A DNA stretch of 64,000 nt from Mobula hypostoma. Taxonomy: Eukaryota. The DNA is taken from assembly GCF_963921235.1 (NCBI RefSeq), contig NC_086101.1:190464001-190528000 (forward strand), given 5' to 3'. The position numbers and the translations under genes are program-made. Numbering within the stretch: the stretch's first letter is position 1; every line of letters begins with the position of its first letter. The notes below the pieces were generated by a model. The model was not told the DNA's origin and did no database searches. It worked only from the letters and a program-made list of their open reading frames with translations. This document shows positions 39,190 to 51,539 of the stretch, one piece after another.

Positions 39190-42100
39190 TCACCTCTTCT
39201 GGGGCAGGTGGGACCTGTACAAGAGAGACGGGTTACACTTGAACCACAGGGGGACCAATATCCTTTCAGGGAGGTTTGTTAGTGCTGTTGAGGAGGCTTT
39301 AAACTAGATTTGCAGGGGGATGGGAACCAGAGTGCCAGAGCTGACAGTGTGGCTGGGGTGAAAATAAATGGTGTTGAAAGTTTAAGCAAATCCGCTGATA
39401 GAAAGGTTGTGAGTGGTGGTAAAAATCTTCTGAGGTGTATATATTTCAATGCTAGGAGTATTGCGGGGAAGGCGGATGTGTTGAGGGCGTGGATTGACAC
39501 GTGGAATTATGATGTTGTAGCAATTAGTGAAACTTGACTACAGGAGGGGCAGGACTGGCAGCTTAATATTCCAGGGTTCCGATGTTTCAGATGTGATCGA
39601 GGCAGGGGAATGAAAGGTGGGGGAGTAGCATTGCTTGTTAGGGAAAATATTACAGCAGTGCTCAGGCAGGACAGATTAGAAGGCTTGTCTACTGAGTCCT
39701 TATGGGTGGAGCTGAGAAACAGGAAAGGTATGGCCACATTAGTGGGATTGTATTACAGACCACCCAATAGTCAACGAGACTTGGAAGAGCAAATCTGCAG
39801 AGAGATAGCAGGCAACTGCAGGAAACATAAAGTTGTGGTGGTAGGGGATTTTAATTTTCCATACATTGACTGGGACTCCCATACTGTTAGGGGTCTAGAT
39901 GGTTCAGAGTTTGTAAAATGTGTTCAGGAAAGTTTTCTAAATCAACATATAGAGGGACCAACTAGAGGGGATGCAATATTGGATCTCCTGTTAGCTAACG
40001 AATTAGGGCAAGTGACAGAAGTCTGTGTAGGGGAGCACTTTGGTTCCAGTGATCATAACACCATTAGGTTCAATTTGATCATGGACAAGGGTAGATCCGG
40101 TCCTAGGGTTGAGGTTCTGAACTGGAAGAAGGCCAAATTTGAAGAAATGAGAAAGGATCTAAGAAGTGTGGCTTGGGACAGGTTGTTCTCTGGCAAAGAT
40201 GTAATTGGTAGGTGGGAAGCCTTCAAAGGGGAAATTTTGAGAGTGCAGAGTTTATATGTTCCTGTCAGGATTAAAGGCAAATTGAATAGGAATAAGGAAC
40301 CTTGGTTCTCAAGGGATATTACAACTCTGATAAAGAAGAAGAGGGAGTTGTATGAAATGTATAGGAAACAGGGGGTAAATCAGGTGCTTGAGGAGTATAA
40401 GAAGTGCAAGAAAATACTTAAGAAAGAAATCAGGAGGGCTAAAAGAAGACATGAGGTTGCCTTGGCAGTCAAAGTCAAGGATAATCCAAAGAGCTTTTAC
40501 AAGTATATTAAGAGTAAAAGGATTGTAAGGGTTAAAATCGGTCCTCTTGAAGATCAGAGTGGTCAGCTTTGTGCGGAACCAGAGGAAATGGGGGAGATCT
40601 TAAATAGGTTTTTTGCATCTGTATTTACTAAGGAAGCTGGCATGAAATCCATGGAATTGAGGGAATCAAGTAGTGAGGCCATGGAAACTGTACAGATTGA
40701 AAAGGAGGAGGTGCTTGCTGTCTTGAGGAAAATTAAAGTGGATAAATCCCCGGGACCTGACAGAGTGTTCCCTCGGACCTTGAAGGAGACTAGTGTTGAA
40801 ATTGCGGGGGCCCTGGCAGAAATATTTAAAATGTTGCTGTCTACGGGTGAAGTGCCGGAGGATTGGAGAGTGGCTCATGTTGTTCCGTTGTTTAAAAAAG
40901 GATCGAAAAGTAATCCGGGAAATTATAGGCCGGTGAGTTTAACGTCAGTAGTAGGTAAGTTATTGGAGGGAGTACTAAGAGACAGAATCTACAAGCATTT
41001 GGATAGACAGGGGCTTATTAGGGAGAGTCAACATGGCTTTGTGCGTGGTAGGTCATGTTTGACCAATCTGTTGGAGTTTTTCGAGGAGGTTACCAGGAAA
41101 GTGGATGAAGGGAAGGCAGTGGATATTGTCTACATGGACTTCAGTAAGGCCTTTAACAAGGTCCCGCATGGGAGGTTAGTTAGGAAAATTCAGTTGCTAG
41201 GTATACATGGAGAGGTGGTAAATTGGATTAGACATTGGCTCGATGGAAGAAGCCAAAGAGTGGTAGTAGAGAATTGCTTCTCTGAGTGGAGGCCTGTGAC
41301 TAGTGGTGTGCCACAGGGATCAGTGCTGGGTCCATTATTATTTGTCATCTATATCAATGATCTGGATGATAATGTGGTAAATTGGATCAGCAAGTTTACT
41401 GATGATACAAAGATTGGAGGTGTAGTAGACAGTGAGGAAGGTTTTCAGAGCCTGCAGAGGGACTTGGACCAGCTGGAAAAGTGGGCTGAAAAATGGCAGA
41501 TGGAGTTTAATACTGACAAGTGTGAGGTATTGCACATTGGAAGGACAAACCAACGTAGAACATACAGGGTTAATGGTAAGGCACTGAGGAGTGCAGTGAA
41601 ACAGAGGGATCTGGGAATACAGATACAAAATTCCCTAAAAGTGTCGTCACAGGTAGATAGGGTCGTAAAGAGAGCTTTTGGTACATTGGCCTTTATTAAT
41701 CGAAGTATTGAGTATAAGAGCTGGACTGTTATGATGAGGTTGTATAAGGCATTGGTGAGGCCGAATCTGGAATATTGTGTTCAGTTTTGGTCACCAAATT
41801 ACAGGAAGGATATAAATAAGGTTGAAAGAGTGCAGAGAAGGTTTACAAGGATGTTGCCGGGACTTGAGAAACTCAGTTACAGAGAAAGGTTGAATAGGTT
41901 AGGACTTTATTCCCTGGAGCGTAGAAGAATGAGGGGAGATTTGATAGAGGTATATAAAATTATGATGGATATAGATAGAGTGAATGCAAGCAGGCTTTTT
42001 CCACTGAGGCAAGGGGAGAAAAAAACCAGAGGACATGGGTTAAGGGTGAGGGGGGAAAAGTTTAAAGGGAACATTAGGGGGGGCTGCTTTACACAGAGAG

Positions 42101-42318
42101 TGGTGGGAGTATGGAATGAGCTGCCAGACGAGGTGGTAAATGCGGGTTCTTTTTTAACATTTAAGAATTAATTGGACAGATACATGGATGGGAGGTGTAT
42201 GGAGGGATATGGTCCGTGTGCAGGTCAGTGGGACTAGGCAGAAAATGGTTCGGCACAGCCAAGAAGGGCCAAAGGGCCTGTTTCTGTGCTGTAGTTTCTA
42301 TGGTTCTATGGTTCTATC
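39190..42318 (+). mobile_element. Young CR1 LINE: end of ORF1 + near-intact EN-RT ORF2 (39310-42237), inserted in the 3'UTR of an older CR1
   Basis: Provided ORFs 39310-39537 and 39610-42171 are in the same frame; nonsense codons at 39535-39537 and 42169-42171; RT motifs (SQHGFVRGRSCLTNL, SGVPQGSVLGP, FTDD); tail (ttctatgg)n. Host CR1 continues as 38750-39190 and 42318-42400. Confidence 0.95.
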
Positions 42319-43544
42319 AGCCATGATCATACTGAATGGCGGTGCAGGCTCGAAGGGCCGAATGACCTACTCCTGCACCTATTTTCTATGTTTCTATGAC
42401 ACGGTTGAGGTGTTTAGGAATTAAAACAGACATGATAGAGCCCAGAATATACTTAAAATTCGAATCGACAAATAATGTCTTTGCAAGGCTCGTTAGGACC
42501 TTAACAGAATCTCAGTCAGTGCTTTAGACCGTAACGAGTTCAATAAAAGTTTTGTTCCCCAGGATGTAAACAGATATGGCACCTGGTGAAGGAATAGAGT
42601 TGGGATACAGCTCAGCCATCATCTCAATGGGCAAGGATTTGATTCGATGGCCTGAGCGGTTTGCCTTTATGTTCCAGCCCTTACTCTGGGCTTTCTTGAG
42701 TTCCCTTTCCTACTCCTGTCAATGGCTGTCTCTATTTAACATCTAACATTTAACCAGCAACCGTTATGGCTAGAAAATGTCCCTTACATTTAAAGTAATT
42801 TGGTTAAATGATATATGGTACAGACTGGTTTTTATTTTATTTATTTTTTACTTTCTGATACAGCACAGTAACAGGCCCTTCTAGTTCAATGAACCTGCAC
42901 TGCCCAATTGCACTGATGTGACTAATTAACCAACTAACCTATAAATCTTTTGACTATGGGAGGAAATCAAAGCACAAAGAGGAAACCCAAGTGGTCATGG
43001 GGAGAACATACAAACTCCTAACAGGCAGTGGCAGGAATTGAACCCATGTCACTGCCTCTGTAATAGCATTACACTAACTGCTAGGCTACCATGCCACCCC
43101 TTAAAAGGACTTACTTAAAATCAAGGGTTTGCTTGGTATTGGGAAGAGGTTTAAATATTACAGAAAATGAGGGGTCGATGTGTAGGTGGGTGATAGTCAC
43201 CACTCAGAGTGTGAGATTCGCTTTAAAGAGCAGACGTGCTTATCTTCAGTTCCTGCACATTATGAGTCAGAGCGTCCCGGTGCACAGGGTGTGATGGTGT
43301 ACGAGGTGCCTGACAGAAACCTGGACTGAAAAAGAACCCAGAGAACTGAGTTCAAGTTTCGCCTGAGCTGCTGTGGAATTTTCATTTACATTATATGGAA
43401 TTTACAAAGGTCGTCAGCTTCAGAACCTAAATACAGGGGGACCTCTGAGTCACTGATTACCTGATTTACGAAAACCTGACTTTAGGCAAATTCTCTGATA
43501 CATATTCAAAGCATTTTTCAATCTTGTATTAATAATAAAATAGT

Positions 43545-46075
43545 CATAGTCATACTTTATTGATCCCGGGGGAAATTGGTTTTCGTTACAGTTGCACCAT
43601 AAATAATTAAATAGTAAAAAACCCATAAATAGTTAAATAGTAATATGTAAATTATGCCAGGAAATAAGTCCAGGACCAGCCTATTGGCTCAGGGTGTCTG
43701 ACCCTCCAAGGGAGGATTGTAAAGTTTGATGGCCACAGGCAGGAATGACTTCCTATGACGCTCTGTGTTGCATCTCGGTGGAATGAGTCTCTGGCTGAAT
43801 GTACTCCTGTGCCCAACCAGTACATTATGTAGTGGATGGGAGACATTGTCCAAGATGGCATGCAACTTGGACAGCATCCTCTTTTTAGACACCACCATCC
43901 CCACAACATCAGTGGCCTTACGAATGAGTTTGTTGATTCTGTAGGTGTCTGCTACCCTCAGCCTGCTGCCCCAGCACACAACAGCAAACATGATAGTACT
44001 GGCCACCACAGACTCGTAGAACATCCTCAGCATCGTCCAGCAGATGTTAAAGGACCTCAGTCTCCTCAGGAAATAGAGACAGCTCTGACCCTTCTTGTAG
44101 ACAGCCTCAGTGTTCTTTGACCAGTCCAGTTTATTGTCAATTCGTATCCCCAGGTATTTGTAATCCTCCACCATGTCCACACTGACCCCCCGATGGAAAC
44201 AGGGGTCACCGGTACCTTAGCTCTCCTCAGGTCTACCACCAGCTCCTTAGTCTTTTTCACATTAAGCTGCAGATAATTCTGCTCACACCATGTGACAAAG
44301 TTTCCTACCGTAGCCCTGGACTCAGCCTCATCTCCCTTGCTGATGCATCCAACTATGGCAGAGTCATCCGAAAACTTCTGAAGATGACAAGACTCTGTGC
44401 AGTAGTTGAAGTCCGAGGTGTAAATGGTGAAGAGAAAGGGAGACAAGACAGTCCCCTGTGGAGCCCCAGTACTGCTGATCACTCTGTCGGACACACAGTG
44501 TTGCAAGCACATGTACTGTGGTCTGCCAGTCAGGTAATCAAGAATCCATGATACCAGGGAAGCATCCACCTGCATCGCTGTCAGCTTCTCCCCCAGCAGA
44601 GCAGGGCAGATGGTGTTGAACGCACTGAAGAAGTCAAAAAACATGACCCTCACAGTGCTCGCTGGCTTGTCCAGGTGGGCGTAGACACGGTTCAGCAGGA
44701 AGACGATGGCATCCTCAACTCCTAGTCGGGGCTGTAGGCGAACTGGAGGGGGGATCTAAGTGTGGCCTGACCACAGGCTGGAGCAGCTCCAGAACAAATC
44801 TCTCCAGGGTCTTCATGATGTGGGAGGTCTATGCCACCGGTCTGTAGTCATTGAGGCCGCTGGGGCGCGGCGTCTTCAGCACAGGGACGAGGCAGGATGT
44901 CTTCCACAGTACAGGAACCCTCTGGCGCCTCAGGCTCAGGCTGAACACAAGGCGAAGTACGCCACATAGCTGAGGGGCACAGGCTTTGAGCACCCTGGTA
45001 CTGACACCATCCGGTCCTGCAGCCTTGCTTGGGTTGAGATGTTTCAGCTGTCTTCTCACCTGTAGAGCTGTGAAGCCCACCGTGGTGGTTTCATGTGGGG
45101 AAGGGGTATAGTCATGAGAGTAGGGTGGGAGACTGTGAGGAGGGGTAGGAGAGGAGAGTGGAATATGCGTTGGTTGGGGGCCGACAACAGATGGCTCATG
45201 TGGGGGATGGGCAGGGGTCACAATGTCAAATCTGTTAAAGAACAGGTTAAGTTCATTGGCCCTGTCCACACTGCCTTCAGCTCCTCTGTTGCTAGTTTGC
45301 TGGAACACAGTGATGGTCCTCATCCCCCTCCAGACCTCTCTCATGTTGTTCTGCTGGAGTTTCCACTCAAGCTTCCTCCTGTACCTGTCTTTAGCCTCCC
45401 TGACCCTGGCTTTCAGGTCCCTCTGTATTGCCCTCAGCTCCTCCCTATTCCCATCTCTAAACACCCTCTTTTTAGCGTTCAGGATGTCCTTGATGTCCTT
45501 TGTCGCCCATGGCTTGTTATTTGAATAACAAAGGACAGTTCTTGTCGGAACATTGCAGTCCACACAGAAGTTGATGTAATCAGTGATGCACTCTGTGAGC
45601 CCATCAATATCCTCTCCATGTGGCTCACAGAGTGCCTGCCAGTCTGTCACCTCAAAACAACCCTGGAGCGCCTCATAAGCCTCCTCCGATCACTTCCTCA
45701 CTGTCCTCGAGGTTGCAGGTTTACTCTTCACCAGAGGCACACAGCAGGGTTTTAGATGCACCAGGTTGTGATCTGCCCTTCCCAGTGGGGGGAGGGGAGA
45801 GGAGCTGTATGCATCCTTAACGTTAGCGTACATCAAATCCAGAGTCCTCTCCCCTCTGCTTGTACAGCTCACATACTGCGTGAAGTTGGGCAGTGTTCTA
45901 GCCATGGTAACCTGGTTGAAGTCACCTGAGATGGTAATGAGGGCACTCGGGTGCTGGGTTTGTAATCTGGCTATGACAGTGTAAATGATGTTACACGCCG
46001 ACGTCGGGTTGGCAGAGGGAGGGATGTACACAACAACCACAATTGCATGCGAGATTTCCCTTGGCAAAGAATATG
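43545..46075 (-). mobile_element. Rex1/Babar-like LINE, 5'-truncated in the endonuclease domain, frameshifted
   Basis: VVYIPPSAN, TLDLMYANV, NDYRPVA, FFDFFSAFNTI, GAPQGTVLSPFLFTIYT, KFSDD; 3' end with (GACTAT)n at 43545; same family as 13350-14200. Confidence 0.9.
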
Positions 46076-46706
46076 GTGTTAATGACAGGATATATTCTGT
46101 TAGGTCAATTATGGGTAGTGTTCAGATGTTTCTTAAATGAGAGCTTTATAACGTGTGTAATGTGATATGATCATGGTTACTATCGAACACGGAACACTAC
46201 AGCCTTTCAGCCCACAATGTTGTGCCAGCCCTTTAACCTGCTCTAAGGTTAATCTAACCCTTCCCTCCCATGCCATCAAAAATGTATGGGCTAGGGTTAG
46301 TGAGTTGTGGGCAAGCTTTATTGGCATCGGAAGCATGGGAAGACTTACCAGTTTCCCTCAGTAGAGCCCCAGACTGCGTTGGTCATTGATGTAATTTCAC
46401 TGTATGTCTTGATGGCTCAGTGTTCTAATGTGACAAATAAAGCTAATCTTTAATACCTTCTGAGGAGGAAACGTGGCATTGATCAAAGTTCAAAATAAGT
46501 TTCACTATCAGAGTACGTATATGTCACCACATACAACCCTGAGATTCATTTTCCTGCAGGAATATTTCTATGTCTCTATATTCAGCAAATCTATAGAATA
46601 GTAACTATACCAGGATCAATGAAAGATCAACCGGAGTGCAGAAGACAACAAACTGCAAATACAAATGTAAGTAAATAGCAATAATTAATGAGGACATGAA
46701 AAAAGG

Positions 46707-47210
46707 AGAAATTTCTGGAATGCCTAGTTCGCTGCTGTTACTGTGCGATCAAGAATCTCCGGAGGGAAGGCCCCAAAATCCCCGGCTTTGCCTGCTGCTG
46801 GCGACCGAGGCTGAGGTCGAAACGTTTGGATAGAGATGGTGCTCGGTACTCGGTGTCGGAGGGCTGATCAGAGCTCAAAGTTTTCGGACGACTCAGAGTC
46901 GGACTGTGGTCGGGCATGGCAGGGAGAGTTTTCTTCCTTCTCCTGTCTGTGTGAGATGTGGGACTTTCAAGAAACTTTGAACTTTTTTACTGTGCCATGG
47001 ACTGTTCTTCATCAAGTTATGGTATTGTTGCACTGTTGTAACTATATGTTATAATTATGTGGTTTTTGTTTGTTTTTCAGTCTTGGTCTGTCCTGTGTTT
47101 TTGTGATATCACACCAGAGGAATATTGTATCACTTCTTAATGCATGTGTTACTAAATGACAATAAAAGAGGACTGCGTGTCCTCATAATCTAATCTAATC
47201 TAATAATCTA
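46707..47210 (+). mobile_element. About 0.65-kb non-coding retroposon family, copy 2 (5'-truncated)
   Basis: Shared body (ttcgctgctgttactgtgcgatc..., ttatggtattgttgcactgttgtaactatatg) and (TAATC)n tail. Confidence 0.75.
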
Positions 47211-48528
47211 AAATAACAAGATAAAGAGACCTTAAAGTGAGATTATTGGTTGTGGGAACATCTCTATGAGTGGGAAAGTGAGTGTAGTTATCCCCTTTTG
47301 TTCAAGAGCTCAATCGTTGTGGGGTAGTAACTGTTCTTGAACCTGGTGATGCGAGTCCCTAGGCTCTTGTACCTTCTACCTGATGGCAGCAGCAGGACGA
47401 GAGCATGGCCTGGGCGGTGAGGATCTCTGATGATGGATGCTGCTTTTTATGTAGATGCGTTCAATAGTTGGGAGGTCTTTACCCATGATGTACTGGGCTG
47501 AATCCACCATCTTTTGTAGGATTTTCCATTCAAGGGCACTGGTGTTTCCATACCAGGCCGCGATGCAGCCAGTCAATACACTCTCCACTACACATCTGTA
47601 GAAGTTTGTCAAAGTTTTTGATGTCATGTTGAATCTAGTGTGAGCTCTCTTCAATTTTAGACCCACCAGTGTGGTTGTCTCTTAAGTGCCATCTAACTGG
47701 CCAGCAGCCACTGTTCAAGGAACAACTTTTTTCAGCACATAAATTTATATGTAGTGTCAGGAATTTGCTGTGGTGTGTTGTCAGGGTGTGACATGCAACA
47801 GAAACAACATTCAGTGATTATAAGGAATAAATAACTATATAAAAATAAACAGAGAGGTTAAAGTACAGATATTGGAATAATATGTGCGTAAATACATAAA
47901 TTCCAACATGTATTTAAACAGCTGTACAAAAAGTGGTTTAAAGTGCTTCCAGTGCAGTGGTCGAAATGATAGAGAGGGTAGCAGCTCAGGTTAACTGCCT
48001 GGGAGATGAAATTTGTAAGATGGTGTGAAGTTTTTGTTTTAATTGCCCTATAAAATTTTCCAGAAAGGCAGTTTGCCTGGTGGGTAACAATTAGCAAAGA
48101 GCATTAATTCCCAACCTTGGAAGAGGTGCCAATGTCCTGAATAATGAGTAAATAAAGGAATGTGGCAGTGGAACATCACTAATTGGGACCAATGGGTGTG
48201 GAAATCCAATCAATAAATAATAATATTAGCTATGGACAAGATTGCTTGTAACACTAAGGCTGAGTATACATGCCATTTCAGCAGCTGACAAATTTAATTT
48301 GCTCTTATTTCCCTCACTTCCCCTTTAACACATTACTGCAATTCATCCCACTCACTTGGAAACCACTTCCACTTTCCTACTAAAACTCAGGTTAAGAAGT
48401 AAAATTCTCAATTCCTCTTTGGGACTTCTGGTAAATGTGTTTCCGGTGCCTGCTCTTGGAAACATTGCGTAATTATTAACCAATTCTATTGTTACTTTCT
48501 TTTATGTCCTGTTATTCTCTCAATAAAC

Positions 48529-49020
48529 TACACATGATTGAACAAAAGTGTAAAAGTTGTGTGATTGGACAAGGTGTATAAACTACACTCAATTGGACAT
48601 AAGTGTAAAAGCTACATGATTGGACAAAGGTGTAAAACTACACCTGATTGGACAAAGATGTAAAAGCTACACATGATTGGACAAAGATGTAAAAGCTGCA
48701 AATGATTGGATAAAGGTGTAAAAACTACAAACAAGAGAAAATCTGCAGATGGTGGAAATCCAAGCAACACACACAAAATGCTGGAGGATCTCAGCAGGCC
48801 AGGCAGCATCCCTGAAACATCGACTGTACTTTTTTCCATAGATGCTGCCTGGCCTGCTGAGTTCCTCCAGCCTTTTGTGTAAAATCTACTCCAGATTGGA
48901 CAAAGGTGTAAATACTTCACGTGATTGGACAAAGGTGTAAATACTGCACGTGATTGGACAAAAGTGTAATTACTGCACATGATTGGACAAGAGTGTGAGC
49001 ACTACATGATTGGACAAAGC
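48529..49020 (+). repeat. About 28-bp minisatellite (ctacacatgattggacaaaggtgtaaaa), about 12 units, interrupted by a Penelope-terminus hairpin
   Basis: Directly visible tandem units; insertion at about 48727-48880. Confidence 0.9.
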
Positions 49021-49484
49021 CAGAGTGGGTCTCTGAAAGGGAGGTAATGCTTAAAGAATCTACTAGAACAATTTGAAGCTATATAAAGTTCAAAGTTCAA
49101 ACTAAATTTATTATCAAAGTAGATATATGTCTCCATACATTAACTTGAAATTTATTTTCTTGCAGAAATTTATGGGAAAAAATTAGTACAATGGAAAAAG
49201 CTACACATAAATAGACAAGGATTGATAAATATAAACACAAGATATGCTGCAGTTGATGGAATTCCAGAGTAACACAAACAAAATGCTGAAGGAATTCAGC
49301 AGGTCAGGCAGCATCTACGGAGAGGAATAAACAGTTGACTTTCCAGGCTGAGACCTTTCATCAGGACTGGAAAAGAAGAAAGAAGAGGTCAAAATAAGAA
49401 GGTGAGAGGCGGGGTGGGAAAGAGTACAAGCTGGCAGATGATAGGTGAGACCATGTGATGGGGACGGAGGTGGATGGGGAAGGT

Positions 49485-49700
49485 AGGCGGATGAGGAAGT
49501 CAGTGGATGGGGAAGTCAGTGGATGGGGAAGGCAGTGGGTGGGGAAGGCAGTGGATGGGGAAGGCAGTGGGTGGGGAATGCAGCAGATGGGGAATGCAGC
49601 AGATGGGGAATGCAGCAGATGGGGAAAGCAGATGGATGGGGAATGTCGGTGGATGGGGAAGGCAGACAGATGGGGAAGGTGGCGGATGGGAAGGCAGTGG
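49485..49700 (+). repeat. About 16-bp G-rich minisatellite (ggcagtggatggggaa)n inside a minus-strand Penelope terminal repeat
   Basis: Directly visible tandem units. Confidence 0.85.
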
Positions 49701-51073
49701 ATCAGGATAAAGTAAGAATCTCAGATTAATAGGTGGAGGAAGGAACCTGAAAGGAGAGGAGAGTGGACCATGGGAGAAAGAGAAGGAGAGGGGGAACCAG
49801 ATGGTCGAGATAGGCAGGGCAAAGTCAAAGTGGGTCTTTGATGGGAAGATCATGTCAACACTAGAGCATTTTGAATCTGTACAAAATTTGAAGTAAATTG
49901 ACTATCAAAGTGTACATATGTTACCATATGAACCTTGAGATTCATTTTCAGTGGGTGAAAATGTTGTCTCCCAGATTTCTATTTAATCTCTCTCCTCTCA
50001 CCTTACACCCATGCCGTCTGGTTTCAAAAGAGCGTGTGTGCGTTCACCCTGTCCATACCCCTGGTGGTACTCATTCATTTGTCTGTGGTGACAAAAAGGT
50101 CATTTGCACACATCAACACGAGAACTGCAGTCATTTTGATGACTGAGTCACACTGGAAAATGCATGGCAGGTAAAGGCTGAAGTGGATCAATTTGTGGTT
50201 ATCCACTTCTGTTTCCAAAGCGGAAAGCTATTATTCCCAATGAAGTCCTTCTGATGAGCCCCGATGAAGGGTCTCGGCCCGAGTCATCGACTGTTTATTC
50301 CTGACCTGCTGAATTCCTCCAGTATTGTGTGTGTGTTTCTCAAGATTTCCATTATCTGCAGAACCTCTTGTGTTTCAACTATTATTCTCTGTGTGGTGGT
50401 GGACTGGAAAGGGGAGATACAACATCTGCATCAGGCAGAAGGTACCACAGAATAAAAACAAAGAGAGTTCGGCTGGTTCACAGCTTGTTCTTCTGGGCTG
50501 TGAGGCTTCTGAACGCCCTGCTGTGACTCAGAGAGCCCCCGTACGTATACTTGAATTTACAAATGCTGAGGGAGCTTGTTCATAAGTACAAATGTCCATA
50601 AGTCAATTATTTATAACCTATGGACAATCTGTACAAAAGGGAGATGTTCTTTTACATAGCATCCTTATGTCAGGACACTTTTTAAAGTTTTGGTAAACAC
50701 AATTAGTGTTCACGTGGAAAAGATTGTACTGTTCACAGTTACACACACAAAATGCTGGAGGAACTCAGCAAGTCAGGCAGCATCAGCAGAGAGGTACAAA
50801 GAGTCAGGCCGAGACCCTTCATCCAGATTCAAACCTTCAAACTTTTCACAACATTCTCCAAAGATGTTCATTTTAGTAAAACCCCTAAGAATAGGTCAAA
50901 ATGGAAGTGCTTGTGTTCCAGTGGATGCTGTGTTTTCCATGGTCCAGAATTGCCACGTCTTCTGAATTATAGTGCGTCAATAAGTAGAATCATTCCGTCA
51001 ACATACAAGAAACTGCTCTCCCCAGGTGTTCAAACTCATTGTGAATGGGGATTGTTGTAAATGTACGAATCTT

Positions 51074-51081
51074 TCAGTTCT
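51074..51081 (-). CDS. Possible terminal coding micro-segment of gene B (adds E-N-stop)
   Basis: Strong minus-strand acceptor tttttgttcccttgccag at 51082-51099 in unique sequence; phase-1 reading gives (G)AG AAC TGA. Other acceptors compete (near 50150 and at 43325). Confidence 0.3.
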
Positions 51082-51539
51082 CTGGCAAGGGAACAAAAAT
51101 TGGAAGACCAAGAGTTAATTAGTAAAATAAGGTAAAGATCTTACCTCTAAGACTAAAGATTAGCTTTATTTGTCACTTGTTCTTCGAAACATCAAACATA
51201 CATATGTTGGTGCCGGCAGCAGAGCACATTTGGTAACTGCCTCTAGAACATGTTCAGACAGTGTTGGTCATTGACGCAAAAAAACATATTTCACTGCACT
51301 TAAAATACGTTATTTTGCATCAATGTGAACACAGTCCGAACAGATCCTGGAGGCAGCCAGCAAGCGTTGCCATGCTGCCAGCACCAAAACAGCATGACCA
51401 CAACTTATTTACCCTAACCTGTACGTCTTTGGAATATGCGAGAAAACTGGAGCGCCTAGAGGAAACAAACACAGGGAGAGCAAACAAACTTACAGGCAAG
51501 GACAATATTTGACTGCAATCAGTTGCCACGTAAAACGGG

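Noticed and set aside
48529-49020. CRISPR-like array
   Set aside because: Units are head-to-tail with no unique spacers, there are no cas genes, and the DNA is vertebrate.
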